Below are positions 1 to 11,128 of a DNA stretch of 36,986 nt, one piece after another. The position numbers were made by a program, and so were the translations under genes. Source of the DNA: Catajapyx aquilonaris. Lineage: Eukaryota. Under the pieces are notes generated by a model. The model had not been told where the DNA came from and ran no database searches. It saw nothing but the letters and a program-made list of their open reading frames with translations. Location: contig KZ539001.1 in assembly GCA_000934665.2 (NCBI GenBank), positions 1-36,986 of the forward strand, given 5' to 3'. Each line of letters opens with the position of its first letter. Positions within the stretch are counted from its first letter, which is position 1.

Positions 1-217
1 CTTCGTGGACCGTGACGTCACGGGTTCTGTAACCGGATGGATTAGGCGGAACATGGTCACTCCGTTGACGACGAACTCCAGGTTATTATTTCCAGCTCTC
101 TAGCGGTGCTGGGTACGCCCGGGCGGGAACGCGTAGCGCCGAAGGCGCGCCAATTGGGGCGCAGCCCCAAGGGGGGGTGTGGGGGGGGCGGAGCCCCCCC
201 CCGCCTCGCAAAGCGAG
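1..217 (+). mobile_element. 3' part of a Helitron-like non-autonomous element (copy 1)
   Basis: 13-52 and 136-217 are near-identical to 666-706 and 717-796. It ends in GC hairpins (GGGGGCGGAGCCCCC; CTCGC-AAA-GCGAG). Confidence 0.45.
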
Positions 218-796
218 TCTAATATATATGAAGCCCCTAAACGAGGAGGAGGAGGATATATAGGAGGATATAGGATGGAGAAGATTTCGCACTTCCCGGC
301 GTCGCAGAGACGTCGGACTTGCACCGTTGCATTTCTAGCCCCCGATATACCGATTACAAAAATCCTCATAATCGCAAAATTCCCAGCCGTTTTCGAGATC
401 GCCAAATTAAATGTAGACGCAAACCCGAGATCGCCAAATTAATGTATCCGCAAACTGCCTCGGATCGACTTGCGACCTTCCCGACAGATGGTTGTAAAGA
501 AGGAGAACAATGGCCCACCCCCACCCTTCCACCCCCTGGGATCTTTACACTACTCAAACCTGCCGTGAGAATGATACGTCACAGATGGTCCCACTTTGTC
601 ATCCCAAGCGCTGTTTTGAACGATACGTCACAGAGGGCATGTTCGAATTCTCCTCACGGCTACCGTTGACGTCACTGATTTCTGTAACCGGATGGATTAG
701 GCGGAATACGGGCACCGCGCCGAAGGCGCGCCAATTGGGGCACAGCCCCAAGGGGGGTGTGGGGGGGGGCGGAGCCCCCCCGCCTCGCAAAGCGAG
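218..796 (+). mobile_element. Helitron-like non-autonomous element (copy 2), head-to-tail with copy 1
   Basis: Starts TCTAATATATATG directly after the GCGAG end of copy 1 and ends with the same hairpin block + GCGAG, followed by T. No TIR or TSD seen. The 3' end is not the canonical CTRR. Confidence 0.45.
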
Positions 797-931
797 TAGT
801 GACAAATAAAACTCCAAGTGGGTAATCACTCGACTGAAAAGTGTACACCGGAGTACCAAATTCAAGGATTACCAAGGAGTACCAAACCTAGCAGTGGCGT
901 AGGGAGGAGGGAGGTTGGGGGGGGGGGGGGG

Positions 932-1071
932 NNNNNNNNNNNNNNNNNNNNNNNNNNNNNNNNNNNNNNNNNNNNNNNNNNNNNNNNNNNNNNNNNNNNN
1001 NNNNNNNNNNNNNNNNNNNNNNNNNNNNNNNNNNNNNNNNNNNNNNNNNNNNNNNNNNNNNNNNNNNNNNN
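932..1071. other. Assembly gap (N run) flanked by poly-G
   Basis: 140 Ns between G homopolymers. Confidence 0.99.
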
Positions 1072-1824
1072 NGGGGGGGGGGGGCGTTCATTACGATACA
1101 TAAGCGGTGTTTGCTGGGCATGTCAGCCGGACGGTGGGCCATGCGGCCGTGGGCCGTTGTGTGGGTTCCGGAATAGATTCCGGAACCCACACCACATGTC
1201 CCGAAGTCGGACGGTCGCGTGGTCGGACGGTCCGAGTCGTGGTTTGAGACCACAGCAGCTGGTAGTGTAATAGGCCAAAGTATACTAACTTGACCTTTTG
1301 GCCCAGATATTACAAAATGAGACGACAAGATAATTATACGTAATACAAAGAGACGCTGCAAAAGTGCATCAGACTTATTGTAGTACCAGGATCAGCGGCG
1401 TAGGGAGGGGGAGGGGGTTGGAGGAAGTTGTATCCCTCCCTGCCCTGGACCCAAAAAATATAGTTCAAATCAGCTATTTTAAGGTATAAAACCGCACCTT
1501 CGCAAATATTGTATGTAGTGGATGATGTAAGTCATATATTCCAAATGGAAAATAATTATAACTGTAACGTGACAAGACATCCCGAATTTTCCGGGGCAGT
1601 CCCGAATTTTCGTCCTTTGTCCCTGAAGTGTCATTCGGGACGCCCATTTGTCCCGGATTCGGCCAAACTGTCACAGTTAGAGCTAGTGTTGTAAAGACCA
1701 GGGAAAACCTGATTTTTCGTTTTTCCCTAGGAAAATTTGGGTTTCTCTCGTTTTTTTTTACAAAGACCCAGGTTTTTAACAGAAAATCTGCATTGATTAT
1801 TATTATGTTCATAGTACACATATC

Positions 1825-2055
1825 CCACCGAAGCAGGTTGGCATAGTGGATAGGGCGTCCGACTGCTAATCGGGAGGTCCTGGGTTCGAATCCAGGGGCC
1901 GGCAACCCTGACCGTGGTTTTCTGTGGTTTTCCACGGTCTTTCTAGGATAATTCCGGGGTCGCTTCCGTATAATAGGCCACAGCCGCTTCCTTCCTTTCC
2001 TACCCTTGGAGGTTGAAAGGCAATGCTGGGCCAACCTCCTTAATATCAATTATAA
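1825..2055 (+). mobile_element. tRNA-derived SINE family A, copy 1
   Basis: Box A TGGCATAGTGG, GACTGCTAATC anticodon-arm-like motif, box B GGTTCGAATCC. 12-bp TSD AGTACACATATC (1813-1824 / 2056-2067). Head and core shared with 8972 and 18171. Confidence 0.85.
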
Positions 2056-3150
2056 AGTACACATATCTCCTGCACAATCATATCCCAGATCCCCTGCACA
2101 TAAAAATGCGATTGAAGGCAAATAAAAATTCCTCGGAATGTCGGAAAGACGACGAGGATTTACGTATTGTTTGACCCGGTTGTGGAAATTCATCACTATT
2201 ACAGCATAAAACAGTGCTAGCAGCAAGAAAATAATTTATCAAATTGGAACATTGCGATCTCCGAGAAATGCACTCGCACTTGTATGACGGTAGTCGATTT
2301 TTGTCGCACATCAGACAAGTACTTTGAAAAGATTTTTTTGCGGAGACGAGGATGCAGCAGCGTAACTGCAATTATGATAAATAGCGTTATTGTAGTACAC
2401 TTCAGACACATGCAGATTTGAAACCCCAATTTTTCCGAAATATAAGTGACTTTATTCTACATGTTCAATGTCGACCTTGAGAGACAAGAATGCGCTGAAT
2501 AACCCGGAATAACCCGCGTACACGTTAGATCAAGATTTATCCCAGAGACCTCGATAGCGCAGGCGACAGACTCTAACGAGGGAGGGCCGGCCCGGGGCAA
2601 GCGTGTATCGCCCTCAGTCAGTATCGATCATATTTCAAGGGATGGAATGAAGACCACCACGTGAAAAAGGCCGCACGTGTTAGGTTACGATGCATTGATA
2701 ACAAGGACCGGTGGCTCCCAGAGACCTAAAAAGGGCAGCCGGAGAACTCTGAAGAGCTAGGGCGGCCCCGGGGCAGACGTCTGCGATTTTATCGCATCAC
2801 TCAACATGGCGGCCAGCTTATCGCCTTCTTTTTCACCCAAAATTTCCTCAAGACTCTGAGGGGAATTTTAAAACTACTTTTACTAATGTTTACCAGTATA
2901 GGCCCATGCCAGAAGGCTTGGAGAATCTAATATGATGCATATTGTGTCATAAAACCTTTGCGCTTTGCCAAAACGACATGGCCTAGCTTGTAGAATAGGT
3001 AGTCTCAGCGCCTGATCCCATCCATGATTCTGTCAGCAGGAAACAATGGTTTAGCGAATGCCCCCTTTGCCCACCTGGCCTCCTCTCAACCATCTGGTCT
3101 CCTCTTGTTACGTACGTAAGCATATCAATTCTATCGTCGCGCCTTCCGAC

Positions 3151-3245
3151 AGGAGTACCTGAGAATACCAAGGAGTACCGAGGAGTACCTGGGAGTACCA
3201 AGGAGTACCAAGGAGTAGCCTACCAAAGGAGTACCGAAGAGTAAC
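3151..3245. repeat. 10-bp minisatellite (AGGAGTACCN)n, ~9 degenerate units
   Basis: Read directly: aggagtacct gagaatacca aggagtaccg aggagtacct gggagtacca aggagtacca... Confidence 0.9.
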
Positions 3246-3596
3246 CACTGTAGGTGTACAGTACACCGGAGTACCGAAGTGATTACCCCCTTGTAAAACT
3301 CTGTCTTGAACCGGAACCCGCTGGTGTCTTTTGAACCGACTACGGTCACAGTATCATGTGAGATATGTATAGATACACACACTTGACCTTTCTCTCATGA
3401 TTATTTTTATATTAAACTAGGCCAACTTTAGCGTCGTCATTAAACAAAAAACTTTTGGAATGGTATTGTCACCTTTTCTGACTACCTACTTGAAATTTTT
3501 TTGCAGAATTCCAAGCTTGATTTTACAAATCAAGAAGCTGGTATGAAAAGACAGAGTGTCATTTTTTATTCGATAAGCATATTGTTAGAAACAACT

Positions 3597-3680
3597 GCTA
3601 CGTCATCAGGTCCAATGTATACTGCACGAATAATAAAGGTCCGTGCCATATAACTCGTAAGAAGTTCGTGCACTACCCGG

Positions 3681-3757
<77 letters not shown>
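3597..3757 (+). mobile_element. 5'-truncated retroposon 3' end with (ATT)n tail
   Basis: Absent from the homologous introns of ZF2/ZF5. 8-bp TSD AAACAACT (3589-3596 / 3758-3765). (ATT)n at 3681-3757. 3' end resembles the SINE tail at 8013-8082. Confidence 0.7.
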
Positions 3758-3758
<1 letters not shown>

Positions 3759-3868
3759 AACAACTTGCTCAAGCTAAAAGGAACATGCAATGAAATGGAG
3801 TCGATGCATAAGGTGGTAAAACTGTTGCTTTTTACATGACATTTCGCAAGTTCTCTCCCGGTTCTGAC

Positions 3869-4168
3869 CTGATTTTGTCTGCCTGTGTCTCCACTTCCAT
3901 TGTCTGCCTCCTCCTCCTCCTCCCTCGCTGGACCAGTGTCATTACCGATGGGGTAATCATCACTCGGCTGTATAGTGTGCACTGGAGTAAGAAATTCAAG
4001 GGGTACCACGCAGTACGTAGGGGGTACCAGCAGGGGATGCCATGTTGCACCACTAGGGAGTACCAGTGCAGGTGCACACTGGAGTACAGGAGGGGTTACC
4101 CCCTCGTCGGTCACTGTGTCCCTGTCGACAGTTGCTCTGCTCCCACCCTCCCAGGGCCTCCACATCAT
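3869..4168 (-). CDS. ZF1: N-terminal coding exon of a C2H2 zinc-finger paralogue (finger exon presumably left of window)
   Basis: MMWRPWEGG...TDEGVTPPVLQCAPALVLPSGATWHPLLVPP...DTGPAREEEEEADNGSGDTGRQNQ, homologous to the ZF2/3/5 exons. Donor CAG|GTCAGA at 3868. Intron 3400-3545 matches the ZF2 intron 12420-12567. Start codon uncertain. Confidence 0.6.
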
Positions 4169-4620
4169 CCGATCTGCTGACCTCGCGGCCACCACCGTTG
4201 ACCTCCTCTGGCTCCACCTTGACCCCTGTCCCACGCACCTGGAGGCTGGAGTGTGTGCCAGCTGGTGAAGTCTCCTGTTGATCACACCTCTTGTCGGGGG
4301 AAGTGGGCGCACCTTACAGATCTGCACTTTTGGTGATGAGATATTGAGATGTATCACTGAAGCAGAGTAGCAGACTGCATGAGTCTCGGTGCTTGCGTCG
4401 ACTGGCTGTGAAGAGTGTGAACCTGTTTCCTGTAATTCGGCTGGCCATGGGTTATAGGGCAAGACCTCTCTGCCCTCCCTCCCTCCCCCCCNCACCAAAA
4501 GAGAAAGAAAGTATCCCCCTTTTCCAAAAAACGAGACCTCCACTTCAACCGATCCGCTTATTCTCCCCCCAAACATCCGTTGCCCTCCTCGAGCATACGT
4601 GCAAGAGCCCCGCCCAAAAG

Positions 4621-4989
4621 TAGGGATGGGACAAACATCGCTTACCAGTTTAAAAAGCTGCTATTTTCAAATAGCTCTAAGCATATTGCTATTCACTTGA
4701 TCGCAATAGGCGATTTTCATATTAAGTGCTATTTATGTTTAAGTTAATGCAATTGAAGCCTTTTTTTTTGTATAAACAACACATGTCAAAAACTTGAACT
4801 TTTCAGGAGACACAAAAAAAATTCTCTGCTTTTTTTTCTACCTTGGTTTTCTCCCGCCTTCACAACACTTTTTGCGTTTCGATTGCAGCATTTAGAGCGC
4901 AAGGCTAGGAACTAAGCGGTGGTGGCCATATCTCGTTTTCGACCATTTTTGACATATGTTGTTTTTGCAAAGAGAGAGAGAGAGAGGGG

Positions 4990-5037
<48 letters not shown>

Positions 5038-5922
5038 CTCAATTCCAACTGACTGCATGCAAAATGCACAAATTTATAAATCCATTCTACAAGATATTGT
5101 TCGGTCATCAATAATGTACTTTTTTGAGTGGAGCCGTCTTCATTCTGCGCAGTACCTTGCTTGCGTCTCTGTGCACAGCTAAAAATCGCACTCTCCCAAG
5201 TGCTCTCTCCCGCCCAAATGCTAATGCTAATCTCGCAGTCGTCTCTCTGCACAGCTAAAATTCGCACTTCCCAACTGCTAATGCTAATCTGCCCAGTGCA
5301 TTGGGCCCGTACACATATTACGTCATCATCGAAGGAGGAAGAGGAGGGGAGGGTCCAAGTTGGTATGAATAAACCAACCAAAACCCTGGGGGGCCCCGGT
5401 TCAAAAATGTGACGACTTAATATGTGTACGGCCACCTTTGTTTGCGTCTCTGCGCAGCTCTAAATCCTCGTGCGTGGCTCGTGCTATTTGCGATTCTTAC
5501 GGATTTCAATCTGCTCTCTCACTACCATATGCCTCATTGGTCATTACCTCTGAGTCAGTATAATAGCTCTTGGTATAATGACAACATAGTGCCGATAGTT
5601 GCAGTACTCAGTCAGCAGGAATTGACTGGTCAGGGACTCAGGGTTCGTCTCTCTGCCCTTTATTATTATTAGTTATGTGGTTGGAATACACGCAAAGTGA
5701 AGAGAAGCTATGGTGGAACCCGCATTCCCAGCCAGACGAAGTCCGGGTTCCGCTTCAACACTTTTAGGCCCCAACGTCTGCACCGCCTGCCCTGCAGTTT
5801 ACCTATATTCTACAAAAAAAAAGCCCTTTCAAATAGCATTAGCAGTTTAAAAACGCCGCTAATACTAAAAATCAATAGCAGTGATAGGTGCTTCTGAAAA
5901 AGTGCAATTCAGCCCATCGCTA
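4621..5922. mobile_element. Non-autonomous hAT-type element
   Basis: TIR TAGGGATGGG / CCCATCGCTA (Ac-like TAGGGATG). Perfect 8-bp TSD CCCAAAAG at 4613-4620 and 5923-5930. Confidence 0.85.
4971..5036. repeat. (GA)n microsatellite
   Basis: Direct reading. Confidence 0.98.
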
Positions 5923-6780
5923 CCCAAAAGTATCCCTTCTTCTAAAAACAGAACCTTTCACCCTGTGGCGGTGGGAGAGGGAAATCGAAAGGACCTTGGA
6001 ATCTGGCAGTGCATGGAGGGGTCAGGAGCGGGTCACTCATAACATTATAACAAAAAGTGAAACTAAGCTTTTAAATATCTGTCCCCAAAGGACTGAAAAC
6101 CTGGGCTCAAAAGTGGAGAATTTGGAATATTGTTGCACTTGAAATGACTACAGTAGGCACTAAAAAGCTGCCGGAATTTTAATATTAATTTTTCAGATAC
6201 CAGCTGATGAAGGACAATTTTTTGAGTCGCATCTTGTTCAAGAACGATAATTTTGTTAACATTTTAACTGCGCGCAACAGTGCAATATTCCATTTGCAGT
6301 GTTGCCACATTGTGCAAGTATACATGCCTATCCTTCAGCAGAAACACGCCTAGGAGTAGCCAATCGGAGTCTACCGTGACATCAGACATTGACTATTCTC
6401 TCCCTCGAGTCTCTCTAAGTCCTGGCACAGAAAATGCCAGGAGAGTGAATATTATTTCCAGGAGTTCGGGAGCCAGAAGAATGACCTTTGGATGCATTAG
6501 GATTAATATCACGGTCCAGAACAAACGTTGTCTATGGAAATTTCTGTGGGTTCATGACATCCCTTCATGCCATGGAATCACAGTTATTTCAAAACATTTA
6601 AGCTATTTTTATTTATTTATGTTTACCCCGGTGGGCACGATGGCCATTGGAGGGAGACAGACCAAGCGCACTGGCTACAACAGCACTCGGGAAAAATTAG
6701 TAAGCAAAGAAATCTACCCTCTTTAGGAACATTTTTTACAAAGTTAAAAAGATTGAAGAAGTTGTCTGGGTGAATGTCGT

Positions 6781-8480
6781 TCACCATTTTTGCCATATTC
6801 GAGTCTGGCGCACCCGGTAAGGAATCCAAAAAATTGTAGCGTGTGGGGGGGCAAAGAATAAAGGACAGTCATATAACACATGGTGCAAATCAAACACTAC
6901 ATGGAGATTACAGTATTCACATATATCATCGTTGGAAAGCACCAAACACTGGGATCCTATTCTAATGTAGTTAGAGCCATTTTTAATATTTATTAAAAGT
7001 CTAGTAATCGGTAATGGTAAGGAACAAGCTAAGTATGTTGTATTGTTGGCCTCTCTCAAGAATTCGCTCCTGTAGTGTGTGTACCTAGATGTTCCCGTGA
7101 GTCTGTCCATATCCTCGCGAAGACAGCTGTCGGCCAAATCTACTAAACATTTCCCAGTATCAATGTCCTCCAGCGTAGTTAGGGTAACACCGGTTCTTGC
7201 TAATTGTTTTAAAATTAAGTCCATCCAACAGTGTCCCTTTGTTTGGTTGCTCAATGTTAATTTGCTGCGCATTAGGGCCTTGGAAAGAAGGGAGTCCCGG
7301 TCGGCTCTGTTCAGTTTAATTAAAAATCGAATGAGTGTTTAATAACTCGGATTTGTATTGGATTTACCTTGAGCTCCCGACGTAGAAAATATCCTGCCGT
7401 TGATTTCGGTAGGGCGAAAAAAAAAATCAAAAAAAGGTTAAAGACCACCTCCATTTCGTCCAGATAATTAAGCGCCCAAATCGGAGAGGCATATGAGATA
7501 TTAGGAAAGATTTTTGAGTGGAAAAGTTTATGTGCAATTTCAAGATCGCGAATTGCCAACCTTAGTAATGTAGGCCAGAGTGCTGCATGCACGGCTATTT
7601 TAGCTTTGTTGGAAAAATACTGCGCCGTTCTTCGGAAGTTGCCATTTAATACTGAAAAATACTCCCTAGTAGGCTATGTGTATTGGTTCACCTGTTCAAT
7701 TTGTACATCGTTCATTCGGAATGAGTGTTTAAAGGGTAGTGCCCTTGGCCAGGGAGATGAAGTGGCGCCGCGGTAAAGCGCGCGCCCACGGATATGAAGG
7801 TCCCGGGCTCAATCCCCACCCGGGGTTCCCACCTTTATCCGTGCAGAGTTGAGCCATCTCTGGCTTCATTTCGGGTGGAAATTTCCTAAAGACTAATCCA
7901 CCCGGAGAGTTCACAAAATGACCACTATTGAGACATTGGACTGTACCTTGCACCTCCCCTCCTACTCATCCCCCTTCGGTACCCGGGCGTTACGGCTTGT
8001 ACACCTAAAGCAAAATAATAAAGGTACCGTGCCAGATGCCCATCATGGGCGGTGCACTAACCCCAATTATTATATATATTATTAGTGCCTTTGGCCAGCT
8101 GGTGGGCACTGTAGCCCATATCAGACAGTAATTTTGAAGACATAATAGGTAGTCAAACAGGTCATTTGAAGCAACAGCTTTTGAACATGTAAGTTTCTTT
8201 ATGTGAATTGCTAATTCATCCTGTATAATTGGGGAAAGTAAACATGCATGCTCAGATGATAGACAGTCATCCACTGTAATAATAGGGTATCTAAAGGCAA
8301 CTGTGAAGGAATAATATATTTTTCAGGTAGCTCCACCAGGTCTCATCAGGCAAGCAGTTGGACAAGCGGCTGTTATTACCCTCCTTGACAATTTGCCAAA
8401 ACACCTTGTGGTCCTGAGTTGTAGTTAAACTTGGCACAAATATTATTATGTGAAGAAGAAGCATTGATATTACTCTGGGG
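6781..8480 (-). mobile_element. Decayed non-LTR retrotransposon (LINE) ORF2 remnant, RT core deleted
   Basis: Fragments QDHKVFWQIVK; IIQDELAIHIKKLTCSKA..VPTSWPKA; IEQVNQYT..LG; KLFHSKIFPNISYASPIW; C-terminal CEYC-x9-H-x4-C. Frameshifts, stops and a SINE insertion. Confidence 0.8.
7753..8082 (+). mobile_element. tRNA-derived SINE family B inserted in the LINE
   Basis: Box A-like TGGCGCCGCGG, box B-like GGCTCAATCCC, ATT/TA tail. 16-bp TSD TAGTGCC(C/T)TTGGCCAG at 7737-7752 / 8083-8098. Confidence 0.8.
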
Positions 8481-8598
8481 TTGGTTAACGGTGCAGTGGG
8501 TACCGTACTGAGTGATAAGTACGACCCGGACACTCCAAATAAAAGCAATTCCTTAATTACCGTACACATGGAATAACAAATTCTCCCTTCAAACCATA

Positions 8599-8739
8599 CA
8601 GGGTGTTTCTCAATTGGCATCCAAACTTCTAGGGTGAACTCCTGAGCACCAGTGAATCACTTCGCCTCTATGTAAAGTGATCCACTGGTGCACAGGAGTT
8701 CAATCTCAAAGTTTTGGACACGAGTTGTGAAACACGTTG
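8599..8739. mobile_element. Tc1/mariner-type MITE, 141 bp, almost fully palindromic
   Basis: TA|CAGGGTGTTTC...GAAACACGTTG|TA; inner arms GAACTCCTGAGCACCAGTG / CACTGGTGCACAGGAGTTC. Confidence 0.75.
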
Positions 8740-8971
8740 TACCGGTATAATTCCCCGTGACCCAAGTGGCTCAACCTTAGTCAATAACGTCGAAGTCTTA
8801 GTAGTACATAAATATATTTATTGTTTAATATATAATATAACAAAACTTAATAACAGTAGACTGCTATAATATGAAATAATAATGTCAAAATGTCAAAGTG
8901 CAATGGAAAATAAAATGTACAAATTCCCGGTTTGTTCTAGGCCTTACAATGGTTAAAATATAATATTGGTT

Positions 8972-9380
8972 AACCGAAGCAGTAGTGGTGGAGTGCATAT
9001 GGTGTCCCACTGCTAATCGGGAGGTCCTGGGTTCGAGTCCCAGTGGCCGGCGATCCTGACCTTGGTTTTCTGTGGTTTTCCAAGGTCGCCCCAGGAAAAT
9101 TCCGGGATCGTACCGTAAAAATAGGCCACAGCCGCTTCCTTCCTTTCCCTGCCCTGGAGGAGGTGCGGTGTCAGTCGGGAGTTTCTGACCCGCATCCAAG
9201 GGTTCATCTTGGTGAACGGGCCCCCAGGTGAGAGACTGCACACGACCCCCAATTTTGAGACATTGCACATGCACCGCAGTGTCCCCCCCCCCCCTCATTA
9301 TCCATGTCCTGTCCCCTGGACTGATGGTGGTATTCCACTCCCCTAAGAGGGCCCAGGGCCCTAGCACGGGGTATAAATAA
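8972..9380 (+). mobile_element. tRNA-derived SINE family A, copy 2 (longest)
   Basis: ACCGAAGC head, box B GGTTCGAGTCC, 3' CTAGCACGGGGTAT. 17-bp TSD AAAATATAATATTGGTT (8955-8971 / 9381-9397). Confidence 0.88.
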
Positions 9381-10404
9381 AAAATATAATATTGGTTTTC
9401 GATTTTTTTCGGATTCCTGTAATAAATGGCTGAAATATTCCAACTTACTTTATTGTACTCATTGACATTAACTTCATATGGTCATACTTAAAACTGATTA
9501 CGACATCATGATGCACTATTTTCTTTCTAATACATGCCAAATATATGTAGCCTATGATGGCTATGATGTGAAATAGTGTTAGTATTATCATCTATGAGGA
9601 ATAAGTAATAATTTAACAGACCCCAAACACCTTGAGTATTAAATTTATTTTATTTTCACTTCCCCACATTTTTTTACAACATACTCCACATTCTGTCATA
9701 TATCTGCATTCTGCAAGTGTAAACAATTCTCTTTATACATCTAAACGGCCCTACAGAAACTTATAAAACCCTCAACTATTTTGCCTACAATTCAACAATT
9801 ATAGTAGTTTCAATAGATGAGGCACCAAGATTCTCAACCAGTGTAGCTGATTCCATTGTCACCATTTTACATGGTGATTAGAGAGTTTCAGGGGATCCGT
9901 TTTCCGACACGAAACGAAACATGAAAGCATCGTAACTCCACCCCGCCTGAAAGCGTATCGTTTGACACGGTAGGAGTGTTTCAGGTGTGCCATATTTCCC
10001 TGGTCCTAGCTGGGAGGGAGTGCTACCAACCCTTGCACTGTTTGTCCTGCCCTCACACGCGGCGACGTGCACACCGCCTGGTCTAGGTGAAGGTGGTAGC
10101 AGTGGGATGGTTTCGGTCATCGGAATTGGTATTGTCACCGTTGGGTTTTCACCCAACTGTAATGTCGTTTAAGGTTCGAATAATCTTTGGGTAAGGCTGT
10201 ATTAAAATGTGATTTTAATATGACATTATGTACAATGATCTCTTGAATTACTACAATACGGACTTACGGAGCTACAATAATGCTGACGTTACGGTTGTTC
10301 TCAGCCATGTTTACAAGTTCAAAATTAAAGGCAATTATCAAACAACGTTGCCTCAGCAAAGGCCTGCCCAAATGCCCTGCAAATGCCAGTAATAAGGCCC
10401 ACTG

Positions 10405-11051
10405 AAACTCTATTCTCCCGAATGGAAACCCAAACATTCCTCGATAACTTTTTAACTATGGTATGGTTCCCTATGAAAATTGACATGTACACTTACCTTG
10501 TAACATGCCGAACAAGGTCTGACTAAAGAATAATTATTATACCAAAAGTGGTTCCCTCCAGCATCCAAAGATTGTACATTGCGAGTCTGAATATTGCCGA
10601 AGACTCCTGCATATGTGGACACTGACTTGGCGGGTGTGAAATACCTGCTTGGTGAGAGGGCATCTCAAGGCACGGGAACAATCCAATTCTTTTTGGGGGT
10701 ATGATGGGTTGTTTTTTTTTTTCTCTCGCGGAGTTTGTTGAAAGGCTGTACACACAAAAATAACCCTGGAACAAGTTATCCTCTCAAAGACGCCGTACGA
10801 CGCGCGGCGGGCGGAAGATTGATGCCATCCCCGCCGCCACATGTGCAGGAGTCTTCGGCAATATGCAGACTCGCATTTAAAAAATTCTTTGATGCTGGAG
10901 GGGACCACTTTTGGTATATTCTTTCGTCAGATCTTGTTTGACATGATCCAAGGTAAGTACATGTCAATTTTCATCGGGAATCATACCATTGGGAAAAAGG
11001 TATTGAGGAATGTTTGGGTTTCCATTCGGGATAATCAACCTCTAGAGTGTA
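10405..11051. mobile_element. MITE with ~200-bp imperfect inverted arms, ~80 bp downstream of the ZF2 stop
   Basis: 10412-10620 is the reverse complement of ~10836-11037 (e.g. CCCGAATGGAAACCCAAACATTCCTC; TATACCAAAAGTGGT). Exact termini uncertain. Confidence 0.8.
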
Positions 11052-11128
11052 GATGATTTGTATTTAGATAACTGGACTATAGTGTAGGCCTACTGTACAT
11101 TTTTTGAATGAGATATTAAACTCCGAAA

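Larger units (their letters stand above)
815..3293. mobile_element. TIR DNA element (hAT- or P-like) with internal 10-bp minisatellite, split by ~2.3 kb of intervening sequence
   Basis: TIRs CAAGTGGGTAATCACTCG (815-832) / CGAAGTGATTACCCCCTTG (3275-3293). Perfect 8-bp TSD TAAAACTC at 807-814 and 3294-3301. GGAGTACC repeats in both arms (850-887, 3151-3245). Confidence 0.8.

Noticed and set aside
1827..1900. tRNA-Ser(GCT)-like gene (also 8973 and 18171)
   Set aside because: It lacks the long variable arm and a good acceptor stem, and continues into a shared body with TSDs, so it is a SINE head.
3566..4576. 336-aa ORF as a single CDS
   Set aside because: It reads through the donor into an intron and an (ATT)n poly-Ile tract, and spans an N. 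Only the 3869-4168 part is conserved in frame among paralogues.
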